Origin: the human T2T-CHM13v2.0 reference genome, Homo sapiens | Direction: 5' to 3' (one strand) | Assembly: GCF_009914755.1 (NCBI RefSeq) | Contig: NC_060937.1 | DNA length: 64,000 nucleotides | Part shown: positions 46,001 through 58,087 of the stretch, piece after piece | Layout: each line of letters opens with the position of its first letter | Position numbering within the stretch: the stretch's first letter is position 1 | Made by a program: the position numbers and the translations under genes | The notes under the pieces: model-generated | The model's input: the letters and a program-made list of their open reading frames with translations, nothing else | Database searches by the model: none | Told to the model about the DNA's origin: nothing

Positions 46001-46385
46001 TATATGGTTATATATATTGTATATAACTATATAATATATGGTTATATATATTGTATATAACTGTATATAATATATGGTTATATATATTGTATATAACTGT
46101 ATATAATATATGGTTATATATATTGTATATAACTGTATATAATATATGGTTATATATTGTATATAACTGTATATAATATATGGTTATATATTGTATATAA
46201 CTGTATATAATATATGGTTATATATAGTATATAACTGTATATAATATATGGTTATATATATTGTATATAACTATATATAATATATGGTTATATATATTGT
46301 ATATAACTATATATAATATATGGTTATATATATTGTATATAACTATATATAATATATGGTTATATACATATAATATGTATAATAT
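43076..46385. repeat. AT-rich minisatellite, ~32-36 bp unit, roughly 90 copies in variant blocks
   Basis: Example units are TATATAACTATGTGTAATATACAGTTATATATATTG and TACATAACTATATATAATATATGGTTATATATATTG. They produce the 12-aa periodic ORFs in the track. Confidence 0.99.
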
Positions 46386-46739
46386 TATGTAACACCTAGT
46401 TCTTGTTGGTTAGAGTTAGATAGTGGGTTAAACAATATAGTGTCTGAAACTCTTTTATAAATACTCCAGAAAAAAGGGGGAAACGTAGATAGAACAAAAT
46501 AGGCAAAATTTGGTAATTGTTGGAGCTTGGTAGTGGGATCATGTGAGTTTATTTTGGTGTTCTACATTTAGGTACATTTGCATACTTTTACAAGTTCAAA
46601 ATATAATGAAGTAGTATTTTTCCAAATTATTGAGGTATGGTTGGCAATGTCAAAAGAAAATAGCACCTTTATAACCAGAAATAATGTGTAAAATAGTTTG
46701 GAAAAGGAGAGCATGAGGTCAGAAAAATCAGTTAGATGC

Positions 46740-47110
46740 TGTGGTGCTGAACCCCTCTTAACCTCAATAGAGAAGGCACCAGGTTCAAGAGGCCAGGGAC
46801 CCAGAGCCAGAGAACAAGACATGGCATACGGATAGCTTACTAACAGGGAGGTCCAGTAGTGGCAGGCTAGGCAGAACTGCAACTGCTTGCAAAAAGCATG
46901 CATTTTATATAGCATCTTCACTCGCTCTCTTCCCCTAACAACTTCCACCTAGCAACCTTCATCTAACCCAAAACAGAGGGCCTCCATCCCCTGTATGGCC
47001 TGTGTTCCTATAGGATTAGACAGGAGCTCAGATATTCCTCATAGGTAAGGAATGAATCTCCTGGTTGGCCACGCATGGAACTCTGAACACATTCAGGTGT
47101 GTCTGCCACA
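46740..47110 (-). mobile_element. LTR47-like solo LTR
   Basis: tgtggtgctgaacccct...gaaggcaccaggttcaagaggcca...tgccaca. Confidence 0.6.
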
Positions 47111-47552
47111 CAGCTGGGCATTTGGAACATGAGGTAATAGAGGTGAGAAAACAATTTCAAAGAATGAGCAAAAAGCAATATGAGACATTTTGGAGACCAA
47201 GTTGATATGACATTATGAATGGAAGGCTAGGAAAAGGAAAATATCAAAGATGATACCATGTTAAGCCTAACAGGCTGGGTAAACAAAGCCATTAATAAAA
47301 GTAGATAGATGAGTGTTTAGGAATGTAGCGATTGTGGTTTCACATCTTTTCTCAACCCCACAAGCTCACTGAAAGGAATCAATCTAACTGATCCATGAAA
47401 GCAAAAGGGGGTGGAGAGGAGTGCTCTATTAGGAAAGCAGAAATGTGGCATCTGACTGCAATTCTGAGCTTTCCGCAGAAGTAGAATGCACAGGGCAAAG
47501 ACTAGGGACCTGCCTGCATGCACAGCCTTGTCTCGGGGGAACAGCCACAGGA

Positions 47553-47565
47553 TGCTGAGTCAGCA
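47553..47565. promoter_or_regulatory. Perfect palindromic Maf recognition element (T-MARE) motif; function unproven
   Basis: TGCTGAGTCAGCA matches TGCTGA(G/C)TCAGCA 13/13. Confidence 0.4.
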
Positions 47566-47859
47566 GCCATGGGAGGACTTCTGAGAGGGGTCAGGGCCCA
47601 CGAGCACCAGCGCAGCCCAGCAGTCACATCCTGGCAACTCATGTTCAGCGACGACATGGAATTGCCAGAAGAGCGTGGTAAACATTGTGACAACCAGGGA
47701 CTAAGTCACCCCACTTTTTGAGACCCAGAAGCTCGGACTGAACCTATGGAAGAAAGGGAGAGGACCTCCCATAATGGCTGAGATGAGGTTTCCCACCAGA
47801 CCAGATAGGTGGGGCTCAGAGTATATTTAATCTGATTTAAAGAAATAAGTGTGATGTAG

Positions 47860-48165
47860 AAAGTCAGTGCTCACCAAATATTTCATGTGGTCCCCCTCCA
47901 CTTCCCAGACCTTCTTGCAGTTAGATTAGAGCCATGTCAGCAGTTCTGGGGAATGGACTGTGAAAGGATGTGTCATGTGCTCCTCGACGGCTCTCTTCCC
48001 AGCACAACAGCTTTGGGGGTTATATGCTCCAGGTAGAGTTGCTGCAACCGAGGAGGGCCACCTGGCCCAAATCAAACATCACAAGGGTGAGGAATAAGTC
48101 TTTCTTGTTTTAGGTCACTGAGATAATGGGGTTTTACAATTGCACCAGTTAGCATTAATTATCCT
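47860..48165 (+). mobile_element. Old MLT1 LTR
   Basis: cttcccagaccttcttgcagttag...ttgttttaggtcactgagat...gggttt. Confidence 0.55.
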
Positions 48166-50024
48166 GAGTAGTACAGAAATAAATAAGATATATTGTGTTC
48201 CCGAGTTAGTAAAATGCATCCATTCTCCAATCAGGGCAGTGTCACATAAAAGAATAAGCTGTTTTGAAGGAAGATACAGACTCCAGTTATGAAAATTGGG
48301 AAACGTATGTCTGGAGTTTAAAAGAAATAAAGAATAATAAATCATATACATAGACGATATCATTGAAATCATGTCCATGTAAAAATAGAAGACAAGAGAA
48401 GAAAATAGAAGGAAAGGCAAACACGTGACTTCCAAATTAAACTCAGGCACAGAAATCCAACTGGGAAAGAGCACAGAGGTGGGAAATGCTTTTATGTGCT
48501 GATGTGTGTCCCTGAAAGACCAAGGAGAGCTACCCTTCTGAGCCCCTCCATACAGTACTGTTATGTAAAAATGGAATAAAATTTTTGTATGTTAAGCCCC
48601 TGAAATTCATTTGTTACCGCACCTTACCCTCGCCTACCACTAACCTACACAGTTGCTGCTACTGCATCTTTTGGCTGCAGCAATATAATACCCGAGCTTC
48701 TATCCAGGAATCAAGAAAAGACCACCAAAATTACCAGATGCAGAGCCACACTGTGCCTGCTAGATCATCGCAAGCAAAATGGATGCGTCACCTGCTTCTG
48801 ACTCTCCCACTTAATTCAGTTCCAAACTCAGGCCATACATCTGTGCATCTTATTGGATGAATTTTATAAACGTCTGTAATGGCAGCTGAAAGGGCATCTA
48901 GGAAATGTGGTTTTTAGCTTCAGCAACCCAAGGGTTGGGACAGATTAGGGATGTGCTGGGGTTTTCTAGGGAGACTATGCAATTGATTCGGGACTGTTCT
49001 ACTCTCACATGATTCTCCATGATCATGTAGAAACAATGGGAAACCCAGAGAAGTGGTCTCCCAGCATCTTTCCCTTCCAGTAGTGATGGCTATGAAACTC
49101 ACTGTTTATATTAACCATCCAGTCCCTTTTTAAACATCCCTGTCATGGTACCAATCAGATTGTTTTTGTCTGAATATTCAGTGGCCTGCAATTCCTACTG
49201 TCATGAGATTATGTGTGATATAGAAGATTTCTGAAAAGTAGCATTATCAGCATCCTTACTAAATTCATCGGTCAATCTTAATATCTCCAGAAGGCACACC
49301 TAGCATGAGGCTTCTAATGTACCATTTAATTTTCCAATTGACCTTGATAAAGATCACCTCATGCCACAGTGTTCAGAAAAATACTTATTAAGCACCCACT
49401 ATAGGTGTTAGGAGCACAGCAGTGAGCAGACAACAACCTGGTTTATACGGCCTTTACCTTCTGGAGCCTTTCTATCATAAAAGGTTTGCTACTTTTGACA
49501 ACGCAAATGTATGTGGCTAAGAAAGATATCTGAAAAATCATAATATTTTATTTCGTAATCCAAGGTAGCTTTACTGAAAAGTGACACTTGAGAGGAGGTG
49601 CACAGCAGGTATGAATTTGGGTCTGGGAAGGTGGAGGAGGTGCTCTCTTGAGAAGTTTTGCTAAGACTCCATAGCAGACATTGTTGGTTTTCACTCATAT
49701 CCCCTTGGCATATTCAAAAGATCACTTGCAGATGTTGCTCATAAATACTAAAAGATTCCTGAGTCTCTGCCTGGGGTCTTCTCTGGCTGTACTTCCTGAC
49801 AGAGAACCAACCCTAAAAGTGTACCCTTGTTAAAGGATTATTTTCTCCCAAAAGGTAAAATGATGACTTTCATACAAAAATAAAATGAATGAGTATTTAC
49901 AAATTTATTTAACTCATTGCTTGATGAGGGGACTACTAAGATGTTACAACTGGCTCAAAGGAGAACTCAAAATGGCACACATATATCTAGAATGAGAGTC
50001 CTGACATGAATTTATAAATAAATG

Positions 50025-50453
50025 CTATCTTGGTCTATTTTCTGTTGCTGTAACAGAATACTTCATACTGGCTAATTTGTAGAGAAAAGGAATTTATTTC
50101 TTACAGTTCTGGAAGCTGTGAAATTCAAGATTGGGCAGTTGCATCTGACAAGGGCCACATGCTGTGTCATAACATGGTGGGATCACATGTGAGAGTGTTG
50201 AGCAGGTACTTGCAAAAGAGAAAGAAAACACAAGGGGTGATCTCTCTTTGTAATAACCCCACTCTTGCAGTAACTAATTCTGTCTCATGATAGTGAGAAC
50301 TCACCTCCGAAGCACTGCATTAATCTCTTCTTGACAGTTGATCCCTCATGACCTAAATGCCTCTTAAAGTCCCCCCCTCCCCCACAATCCCTCAATGCCA
50401 TTACATTGGGGACCAAGCCTCAAAATGAGTTTTGGTAGAGACAAACCATAGCA
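50025..50453 (-). mobile_element. MST-type MaLR LTR
   Basis: tatcttggtctattttctgttgctgtaacagaatac...ttcttacagttctgga...aaaccatagca. Confidence 0.82.
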
Positions 50454-50659
50454 GGTACAAAACTGGTCACTATCCACTGGATAACAGTCAGTCGTATTCA
50501 CTGCATTCCTATGGGCAAAAATCATTTACATTGCTATCTATTTTCTACAACTTAAAGAATTGTAAAATAATTCAATGACGATGAAAGGTGGAGTTCACCT
50601 GGATAGATGAGCTAGGTGAGACCTCCATTTAATCTTTTGGTGCCCATTTCAAACTCATT

Positions 50660-50960
50660 CACAATTTCTCCTGATGTTCTCAACCAATGAAGAATAGAAT
50701 TTGGTGGCTATATAGCACAGCTTCCTTGTCCCTTAATGAGATCATTCTGAGATGTGTTCCACACAACTTCTCAGAGCGTCCTCAGTGGGATTGAGCCCCA
50801 TCAGCTCCAGCAGTAAATTCAACAACAAAATTCTTTGGCTTTCCTCCCTCCCAGCTCACTTGCCCATTCCCTCGGAGTACTTCCTGGCATAACTTTTCAC
50901 ATAAACTTAGACAAAATCCTTGGCTCATGGTCTGATCTGGAAGGAGCCCAAACTAATATA
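50660..50960 (+). mobile_element. LTR16-like fragment
   Basis: ttctgagatgtgttccacac...cagtgggattgagcccc...cccaaactaa. Confidence 0.55.
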
Positions 50961-52708
50961 GATTCCCAGTTCATGAACTTAAGACACTGCCCACAGATTG
51001 AAAGAGGTTTTTATCTTCAGAACCTACTCTCAGCATATAGGAAATGAGAAGTTCCATGATAGGTTCCACCCATTCCTCCCCTCTCCACGTCCTCCATCAC
51101 CACCACCACCACCACCTCCCAGAAGGTTGCCCCAGCTGATCAGCATCATTTCCTAATGAAGAGCATTTAAAAAACAGTTAACTCAAGGGAATACTAAGCT
51201 TGTCTGTGTATGCTGGCATCCTGGGAACTCTGAGGTCAGTGTGCAGACTTGCAGAGCTCACAGGTGTTCCAATAATAACTAGTTAACTAGTTTGTTTGGA
51301 CATCCGCTGCTTCAGCTGCTACTTTACCCACTTCCACCAACATGTCCAGCCTGGGAGTAGAAGGTCATAATATCCATCCACAGACCCAAGATGAGGAAGC
51401 TGTACATTAACATGTAGAAGTGTGTTTCCTAGGCCACAGCTCTGACAAGGAAAAGTGGCAAATTGTATTCTGAAAAAAAAAAAGTCTAAACCCCCTTTAT
51501 TTTTTCAATCGTGTTGACTACAAGGGATGGATTGGCAAGATATGAGCCATGTTGCTGCCACTCTCAGACCCAGTTGGTTTCTCTGCACCCTTTCATCTCT
51601 GAATTCTATGTTAGATATTAAATAATGGTCCTTAAAGAGAAAAAAAAAATCCCATGCAAATAAGCAACAGAGTCCTGAGAAACCTGCAGAGAGAGAGGTC
51701 AATTTTGTAAATAGAATCAATATCATCTCTATATCCACCCAACCTAAAGGAAGCAAAAACAGATAGGCCATTTCTGTACCTCATTTGAGGAAAAAAAATG
51801 AATATGGCTCAAAAGATAATGGCTACTTTGCTTATGTCCCAAGAATGAAAATAATATAGTTAAGTATTTTTAGGAATGGAAGATATTCTAAAGTTATTTA
51901 AAATTTCTTTTCTGCCTTTCTGAGTACATGATGCTTGAGTTATTTACTTTTTATGGAATTGGGAGTAAGACATAATTAGGATGCACTGGAAGGAATATAA
52001 AGTGCATCTGACATTGAAAAAACAGGATTTTATAGCAAGACAATAACCTTCCAAGCCAGGCAATTATCACTGTAAAGGACTATATAAATTGCTTTATTTT
52101 CCCCTTTAGAACATTAAGGGCTAGGCTTGAAAGAAGTGAAAGCTTGTCTATTCTAGTGTCAGGGAATCCTGTGAAAGAAGGATTAAGGGAGGGATGGAAG
52201 GAGAGAAAGAGCAAAGACTACATTAGGTAAGTGAAGCTAACTGCAAGAGCAGAGCCAAAGGGGGATCTTGCCCCTCACTCTCTCATATCCCATTTAGGAC
52301 CTGGAAAGTGGTCACCTACCAAGGAATCCCTGCTCCAAGTAGGGCACAGCCAAATACACTTAGTGAAATGTGTGCATGATGCCAACAACCACTAGAAATT
52401 GGATTGACCCAACATTCAATGTGAAGTAGGAAACGTTAGTCTTCCCCGCCACTCAATTGCTTTAGATTTGAGAGCCATACTGATCAAAACTCTGTCATAT
52501 CTTGATTCTGTGACCTTAGGCAGGCCACTTCACTTCTTTGGGTCTCTGTTTCCTAGTCTGTTACATGCAATGATTCCAAGAGGTTTTTAAAAGGGACCAC
52601 TGTGAAAGGGAATTGGGAGTGAGGGGAAGAAAGAGATCAGCAGATGGAGCCCCATGCCCTCCTTCACTACTGCAGCCAGAGGAGCTCCCTTTTTGTCAAT
52701 TGTATATA

Positions 52709-53026
52709 CATTCATGTATCACTTTATGATCAGGTTACAATCTGAAAAATACATCATTAGGCAATCTGTTCTGCAAACATCACAGAATGTACTTACATAA
52801 ACCTAGATGGTATTGCCTGTTACACTCCCAAGCTATATGGCATAGCCTATTGCTCCTAGGTACAAACCTGTACAGCATGTTACTATGTGTGACTGTAACA
52901 CAATAGTATTTGTGTATCTAAACATAGAAAAGGTACAGTAAAATTACAGTATTATAATCTTATGGGACTACTATTGTTTCTGTGGTTTTTCATTGACCAA
53001 AAGTGTATTATATGACATATAACTAT
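52709..53026 (+). mobile_element. Tigger3-type DNA transposon
   Basis: gtacttacataaacctagatggt...atagcctattgctcctagg...tataatcttatgggact. Orientation nominal. Confidence 0.8.
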
Positions 53027-53265
53027 TGGGTTTCACTTTAAATTTTTATTTAAAGAATATTTCGAGGTTTTAAAAATAATGGCTAGAAACCACTGGATTA
53101 GATGACCTTCAAAGTCTTCTCCAGGTTTCATTTCCCCCAGTCCAGACTCCTTTGCAGCATCTCCCCCATTCCTCAATCTCTCAGTGCCTTTCCATTGTCC
53201 TCTGGCAGCTCAGAAGCTCTTGGAATGAACATTTACCACAACTAGCATTCCACCTGCAAGCATCT

Positions 53266-53630
53266 GCTATGGTCTGAATGTCTGTGTCACCCCCAAAATT
53301 TATACGTTGAAATCCTAACCCCCAATGTGATGATATTAGGAAGTGAGGCCTTTGGAAGGTGATTAGGTCATGAGGTGAGAGCTGTCCTGATTGAGATTAG
53401 TGCCTTTATAACATAGAGGCAGAGAGATCCCTCACCCCTTCCACCAACTGAGGACACAGGGAGAGGGCCCAGTCTATGAATTGGTCTCTCACCAGACACC
53501 AAATAGGCTTGCACCTTTATTCTTGGACTTCCCAGCCCCCAGAACTATGAGAAATAAATTTCAATTGACAGTTTATAAGCTACCCAATTTATGGTATTTT
53601 GTTACTACAGCCTGAACTCACTGAAATAGC
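53266..53630 (+). mobile_element. MLT1A/MSTD-like MaLR LTR
   Basis: tgctatggtctgaatgtctgtgtc...tcttggacttcccagcc...ttgttactacagcctga. Confidence 0.85.
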
Positions 53631-55219
53631 ACCACCAGTATCACTGGTATTACCTCCAGGCCCAGCAACAAAGGGGCGATGTCTGTGATGACTGGGGACT
53701 TCGAACCCTGCTTCAGCACTATGGTCATGCCAATCCTTTCCTGTTGTTAAAACAGGAAAACCACCTGATTGGGATTATCTGCACTGGCTTCAATATCGGT
53801 GGTGATGACCGTGAGCCCTGGAGCTGCATTACAAGGAGAATGGACACTTCTCTCTACAAGAGAGGTTGTCTTCTCTTTCCCCCTTCTGGCCTCACCCTGC
53901 CTTCCAACTTCCCCCACCACCCCAGAAAACAAACAGACAAAAAAAAAAAAAAAACACAAACAAGCAAAAAAAAAAAAAAACCTTTAGTCTTATTCTAGAG
54001 GTGCATATGACTGTGTTTTGAATATCAGCCTTGGCATTCACATTCCAGAAGAACTCTGACCCTTTCTTGATTCTTCTCCAGACCCTTGGCCACAAAATAT
54101 ACTCACCTTCATAGGAGCCTTCTTTAGTCAGCCTTTAGTAACTAAGGCAGTAAGTGATTTATTATAATGCTAAAGAATTAATGAAGCTTTGTACTGGAGG
54201 AGGTGGAATAATTTGAATTTCCCAGGAAGTTTTCAAACTGCATTTCCCACAGCCTCAAATATTCTGATACAGCTCTCATACCCCCATTGCCAATCCACAG
54301 GGATGCAAGCAGGTTGTACATTTTAAAAAAGAGGTTCTAAATGAGTGAGACAATATTTACCTCCAGCAAGAACCACTAGTTTACAGTTTGATGTACATTG
54401 CCAGGAAAGATTTGCATTTTTAATGCAAATCACTGAAACCAAAAAAAAGGAATAACTCTAGACTTCTGGAACAAGGCTAAAAAGAGATTTTTGCAGTGGG
54501 CCACCAAGATGTCCTTGTATAAGCAGAGCCTCCTTCTCGCATGGCTCTCAGTGTCGGAGGTGCCCTGGCCTGGGTTGAACCTGTGTCATTGTTGTGAAGA
54601 TGTAAGGGCTATCAGTTAAGTGTCTAAATAGCATAACTTCATGGACTCAGATTCTGGCTGATGTGGGTGACCTATCTTAGGTTTCTGCCTATGTCCCTAA
54701 GTCCTCAATCCCTGTTAAAAGGCAAGTTCTTAGTAAATAACGAAAATGTATGAGCCTTAGTGGGTTAAACATGAGTGCTGGAGTCATCAAGTCAGTAGGA
54801 TCAAGCACTAGATTCAGAAGCTGTGGATTGTCCAAAAATCATACGGTTTCTTGGGGTTGGGGGAGGGTTATGAAACAAAGATAGAGCGTGATCCCCATTT
54901 TGCACTATGTAGCTGATGCCTATGTGTCGAAAGGATGTGTGTGATAAGGACAGGGAGGGGATGGGAGCAGAGGTGGAGGATGTGAGGGTGGGGAGGTTAT
55001 ATGGAGGGTATGTGTGGAGTGTGAAAAGGAGCATGAAGCACGTGGGAATGGTGTGCTCACACATACACATATGTGTGCATGCACATGTAGTCCTGGACAC
55101 TACAGTAGGTGCCTGGACTTCCAGAACCTAAAAGTTTGGTGTTGACAGCAAAAAGGAACTAGAGTGCTCTCTCTCCTTGGCTCACACTTCCTCAAAATAA
55201 AACTTGATGATGTTTAGGA

Positions 55220-55400
55220 GCAAGGACTTTGGACTGAGACATGGTTTTCTATCTTAATCCAACACTCACTAGCTGGGGAATCTTGGCCACATTATTTAGC
55301 CTCATAATATCACTTCCTTATCTGTAAAATAAAGATATTTTGTGGCATCCCTAAAGGGCTAAGCACAGTGTAACACAAAGACGATCCATAAATAATAACT
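55220..55400 (+). mobile_element. MIR
   Basis: cactcactagctggggaatcttggcca...ttccttatctgtaaaat is the MIR core. Confidence 0.65.
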
Positions 55401-55477
55401 TTTAAAAATTCTAGCCCATTTCTCTAAACTGATTCCAAAAAGAAATTGCACCATGGCAACGAAATAACCTCCCAAAA

Positions 55478-56378
55478 AGTAACTTTTGAAATTCATTTAT
55501 ATTCTATGCCTTCTTTGTTTTGAACAGGTTATTTGGCAGGTGGGGGAGGGGATGTGGATAGAGTTCACAAACATTCTCGATTACCTGTGGCTCCTGGGAC
55601 TAAGAACAGAGTGAAAACATGAAATCCCCAGGGTGATGCTCCTCAGTGGTTTCAACCAATGCAACCTTTCCAAGCATTCTCCCTTGTAAGCAAATAAATT
55701 GACAGGAGCTGGCCACTTTCATGTGCCTTTTCCCACCCTCTGATAATGGTGCTGGAAGGTGGAGAGTTGGCCACTCCCTGCAGGACACACAGCAAGAGAC
55801 CTGGACTGTGAGCTCATCGCAGTTTGCCTTGTGGCACGGGGGACATGTTTAAGCCTGGAAGTTTCCATACTTCTTTTGTTCTTAACATCAAAATCAATCT
55901 CTGTTTTCAGCATTGTGGGGTTTGATTGCAACCATTGGAGATTTAGCAAATAACAACTTCGGAATTATAAAGCGAACATATAGTGTAAATATGAGGCCTA
56001 TGTTACTTATAAATTATCTGGAGTGCTTTTTAAAACAATTAAAAAGTAATTCTGAAACATTAGTCATAGTCACCCAATGATTTCTTCTCATACTACCAGA
56101 AAGTTCCTGCTATAAAGTCGGAGACCACCACTAATTAATTATATAAGAATATTACAAAGTTGATTATGGTCCTAAAAATAAAAGTAATATACAGGTCTCA
56201 TTTTTGCTCTTTTTTTCTTCTCTGTATAGCCTCTAGAGCTTTTTCCTGCCAATGCTCTTCCATCTATGGAGTTACTGTTACATGAACAGTGTTGGAATTC
56301 TCACCGTTTCTAACTACTGGCTTCTCCATAGGAATAGACACCACTCTCTATGCAATAGCTGACTACCGCAAGAGGACC
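55478..56378 (-). other. STOML3: STOML3 3' UTR (distal end inferred)
   Basis: Non-repetitive sequence downstream of the stop codon. The end is placed ~20 nt after the candidate variant poly(A) signal. Confidence 0.6.
55496..55503 (-). terminator. Candidate non-canonical poly(A) signal (AATATAAA = overlapping AATATA/TATAAA)
   Basis: + strand tttatatt, followed on the minus strand by a U/GU-rich tract (ACTTTTTGGGAGGTTATTTCGTTG...TTTCTTTTTGG). Confidence 0.5.
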
Positions 56379-56603
56379 TCAGGCTTTATTTGGAAGCTTC
56401 TTGTGGTTATCATAGCTGACGCCACCAATGCCCTCTAGTATATTCATGGGCAGAGGAAACACAATCGTAGAATTCTTCTCGGTGGCTACCGTGCTCAAGG
56501 TCTGCAGGTAGCGCAGCTGGAGAGCTATGGGAGACTCAGCCAGCACCATGGAGGCTGACTTCAGGGATTTGGAAGCATTCATTTCTCCTTCAGCTGCAAG
56601 GAC
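56379..56603 (-). CDS. STOML3: STOML3 terminal coding exon (74 aa + TGA)
   Basis: tttcag|GTC CTT GCA GCT GAA GGA GAA ATG... = VLAAEGEMNASKSLKSASMVLAESPIALQLRYLQTLSTVATEKNSTIVFPLPMNILEGIGGVSYDNHKKLPNKA*. Contains the stomatin ALQLRYLQTL and STIVFPLP motifs and overlaps ORF 56379..56582. Confidence 0.98.
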   Translation of the reverse strand, partial: VLAAEGEMNASKSLKSASMVLAESPIALQLRYLQTLSTVATEKNSTIVFPLPMNILEGIGGVSYDNHKKLPNKA

Positions 56604-57952
56604 CTGAAATGACAGAAATAAAATCGTTCAGAAATAAAAGTTTACACTATAACTAGTTCTTTCTTTTTCTGGGTCTGTATTGATACCCCTCTCCCCAGCC
56701 CCCATGTTGCCACATGTGTTTCATCTACTTCTTTGGCGAGGATAAGTTTCACTTCCTAACATAATTAGAGAAATTCAAGGAGGTTGCAGGAAGCAAGGAG
56801 GGATATTGTACAAATCGTAGGTCCCTAGATTTTATCATCAAACAAAAATAAAAGTACTCTCTTGAATACAAATGAATACTTGGCATCTACCCTAATAATG
56901 CCTGGAAGCACTTTGGAGCCTCACTACTTGCTGCATTCATTTCCAGAGAAGTCTGAAATTTAAGGCCTCTAACTGATGTTTTTATCATTTTTAGTTATCT
57001 TAGATGTTTTTAAGTTCATTCTGTTGCCACTTTGGTGTCATTCTTACAAACCGAGAATTGTTTCTAGTTCTCTTGGCTCTTGATTACAAGCAGCAATAAG
57101 TGCCAGCCTTGTAACACTGGCAATCTCTTAAGTACATCACTCTTTATAGCTCTCAGACTGTCCAGGAGTGATTCAGCTGCCTCATCTGTGGCCATCTGCC
57201 TGTGTGCAAAAGTGATCTCTCTTCTATCATTGCCGAGTCCCTTCCTGGAAGCTGCTGGAGCTTAGCAGATAAACCAGATTTGAGTCAAAGAAACACCTTC
57301 ATCAGCTAACAAGTAAGTTTCCAAAGAGGATACACAAAGGCTTGGGATCCCAGTAGATTTCTGATACTTCAGGAAAGTTATCCACACAGGCATGAAAGTC
57401 AGAATCTCAACAGATTTCAAGGACATTCAGAGCCAGGGTGCACTTACATTTTGTAATTCTTACCTGGATTGTATTTAATTGCCCCCTTTTATTCCAGCAA
57501 CGTTTAATATACAAGAACAACAATGCGCAAAAGACAGGTTCCATGTTGGCTACATCTAATCACCAGCTTTATGAAAATAGAGGTTTCTTAGCCCACTCAA
57601 GACTGCTTCAAGCCTGGGTTTGAAGTAAGGCTTGGAAATTGGTATTTTGTTTTGTTTTGTTAAATTCTCCCCAGGGAACACTGATATGCGGCTAGAGTTG
57701 GGACCTACTTGGCTAAGTTGCTCAGTACGTTACTGAGCATCCTCTTAACCCAAGACCTGCTACCAAACTTCCTCAAGGTACAGTAAGCTGCTGGTTACCT
57801 TTTAATTCAGGGAAAATTCTCAGTAAAACTGTGAAAAGAAACCCCTTTCTCATGCAAATAATTGACAGACCCAATCTTCTGTTCAAGTCCTATCCTTGTT
57901 GGCCCCAACACTAGGCAGTTCTCCCTCCATGTGTGAACTGCACAACACTTAC

Positions 57953-58087
57953 CTTGGCTCTCGCTTCCCGGGTGGCCTCAGCCTCGGCTGCCATGGATCT
58001 CTGCAACTGCACGGGAATCCGAACATCTTTGATTTCCACTCGGGCCACCCGGATCCCCCACAGTTCGGTGGCATCATCAAGTAAAGT
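57953..58087 (-). CDS. STOML3: STOML3 coding exon (probably exon 6; 135 nt)
   Basis: ggaaacag|ACT TTA CTT GAT...GCC AAG|gtaagt = TLLDDATELWGIRVARVEIKDVRIPVQLQRSMAAEAEATREARAK (45 aa), with the stomatin WGI.V.RVEIKD motif and coiled coil. Confidence 0.97.

Noticed and set aside
43857-46034. Long ORFs of 317, 292 and 149 aa
   Set aside because: They are 12-aa periodic translations of the 36-bp minisatellite, open only because the unit lacks a stop in that frame.
43076-46385. CRISPR-like array (36-bp palindromic repeats)
   Set aside because: There are no unique spacers and no cas genes, and the context is primate; it is a head-to-tail minisatellite.
53925-53980. A-rich tract as the tail of a processed pseudogene
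   Set aside because: No poly(A) signal, TSD or recognisable upstream gene; treated as low-complexity sequence.
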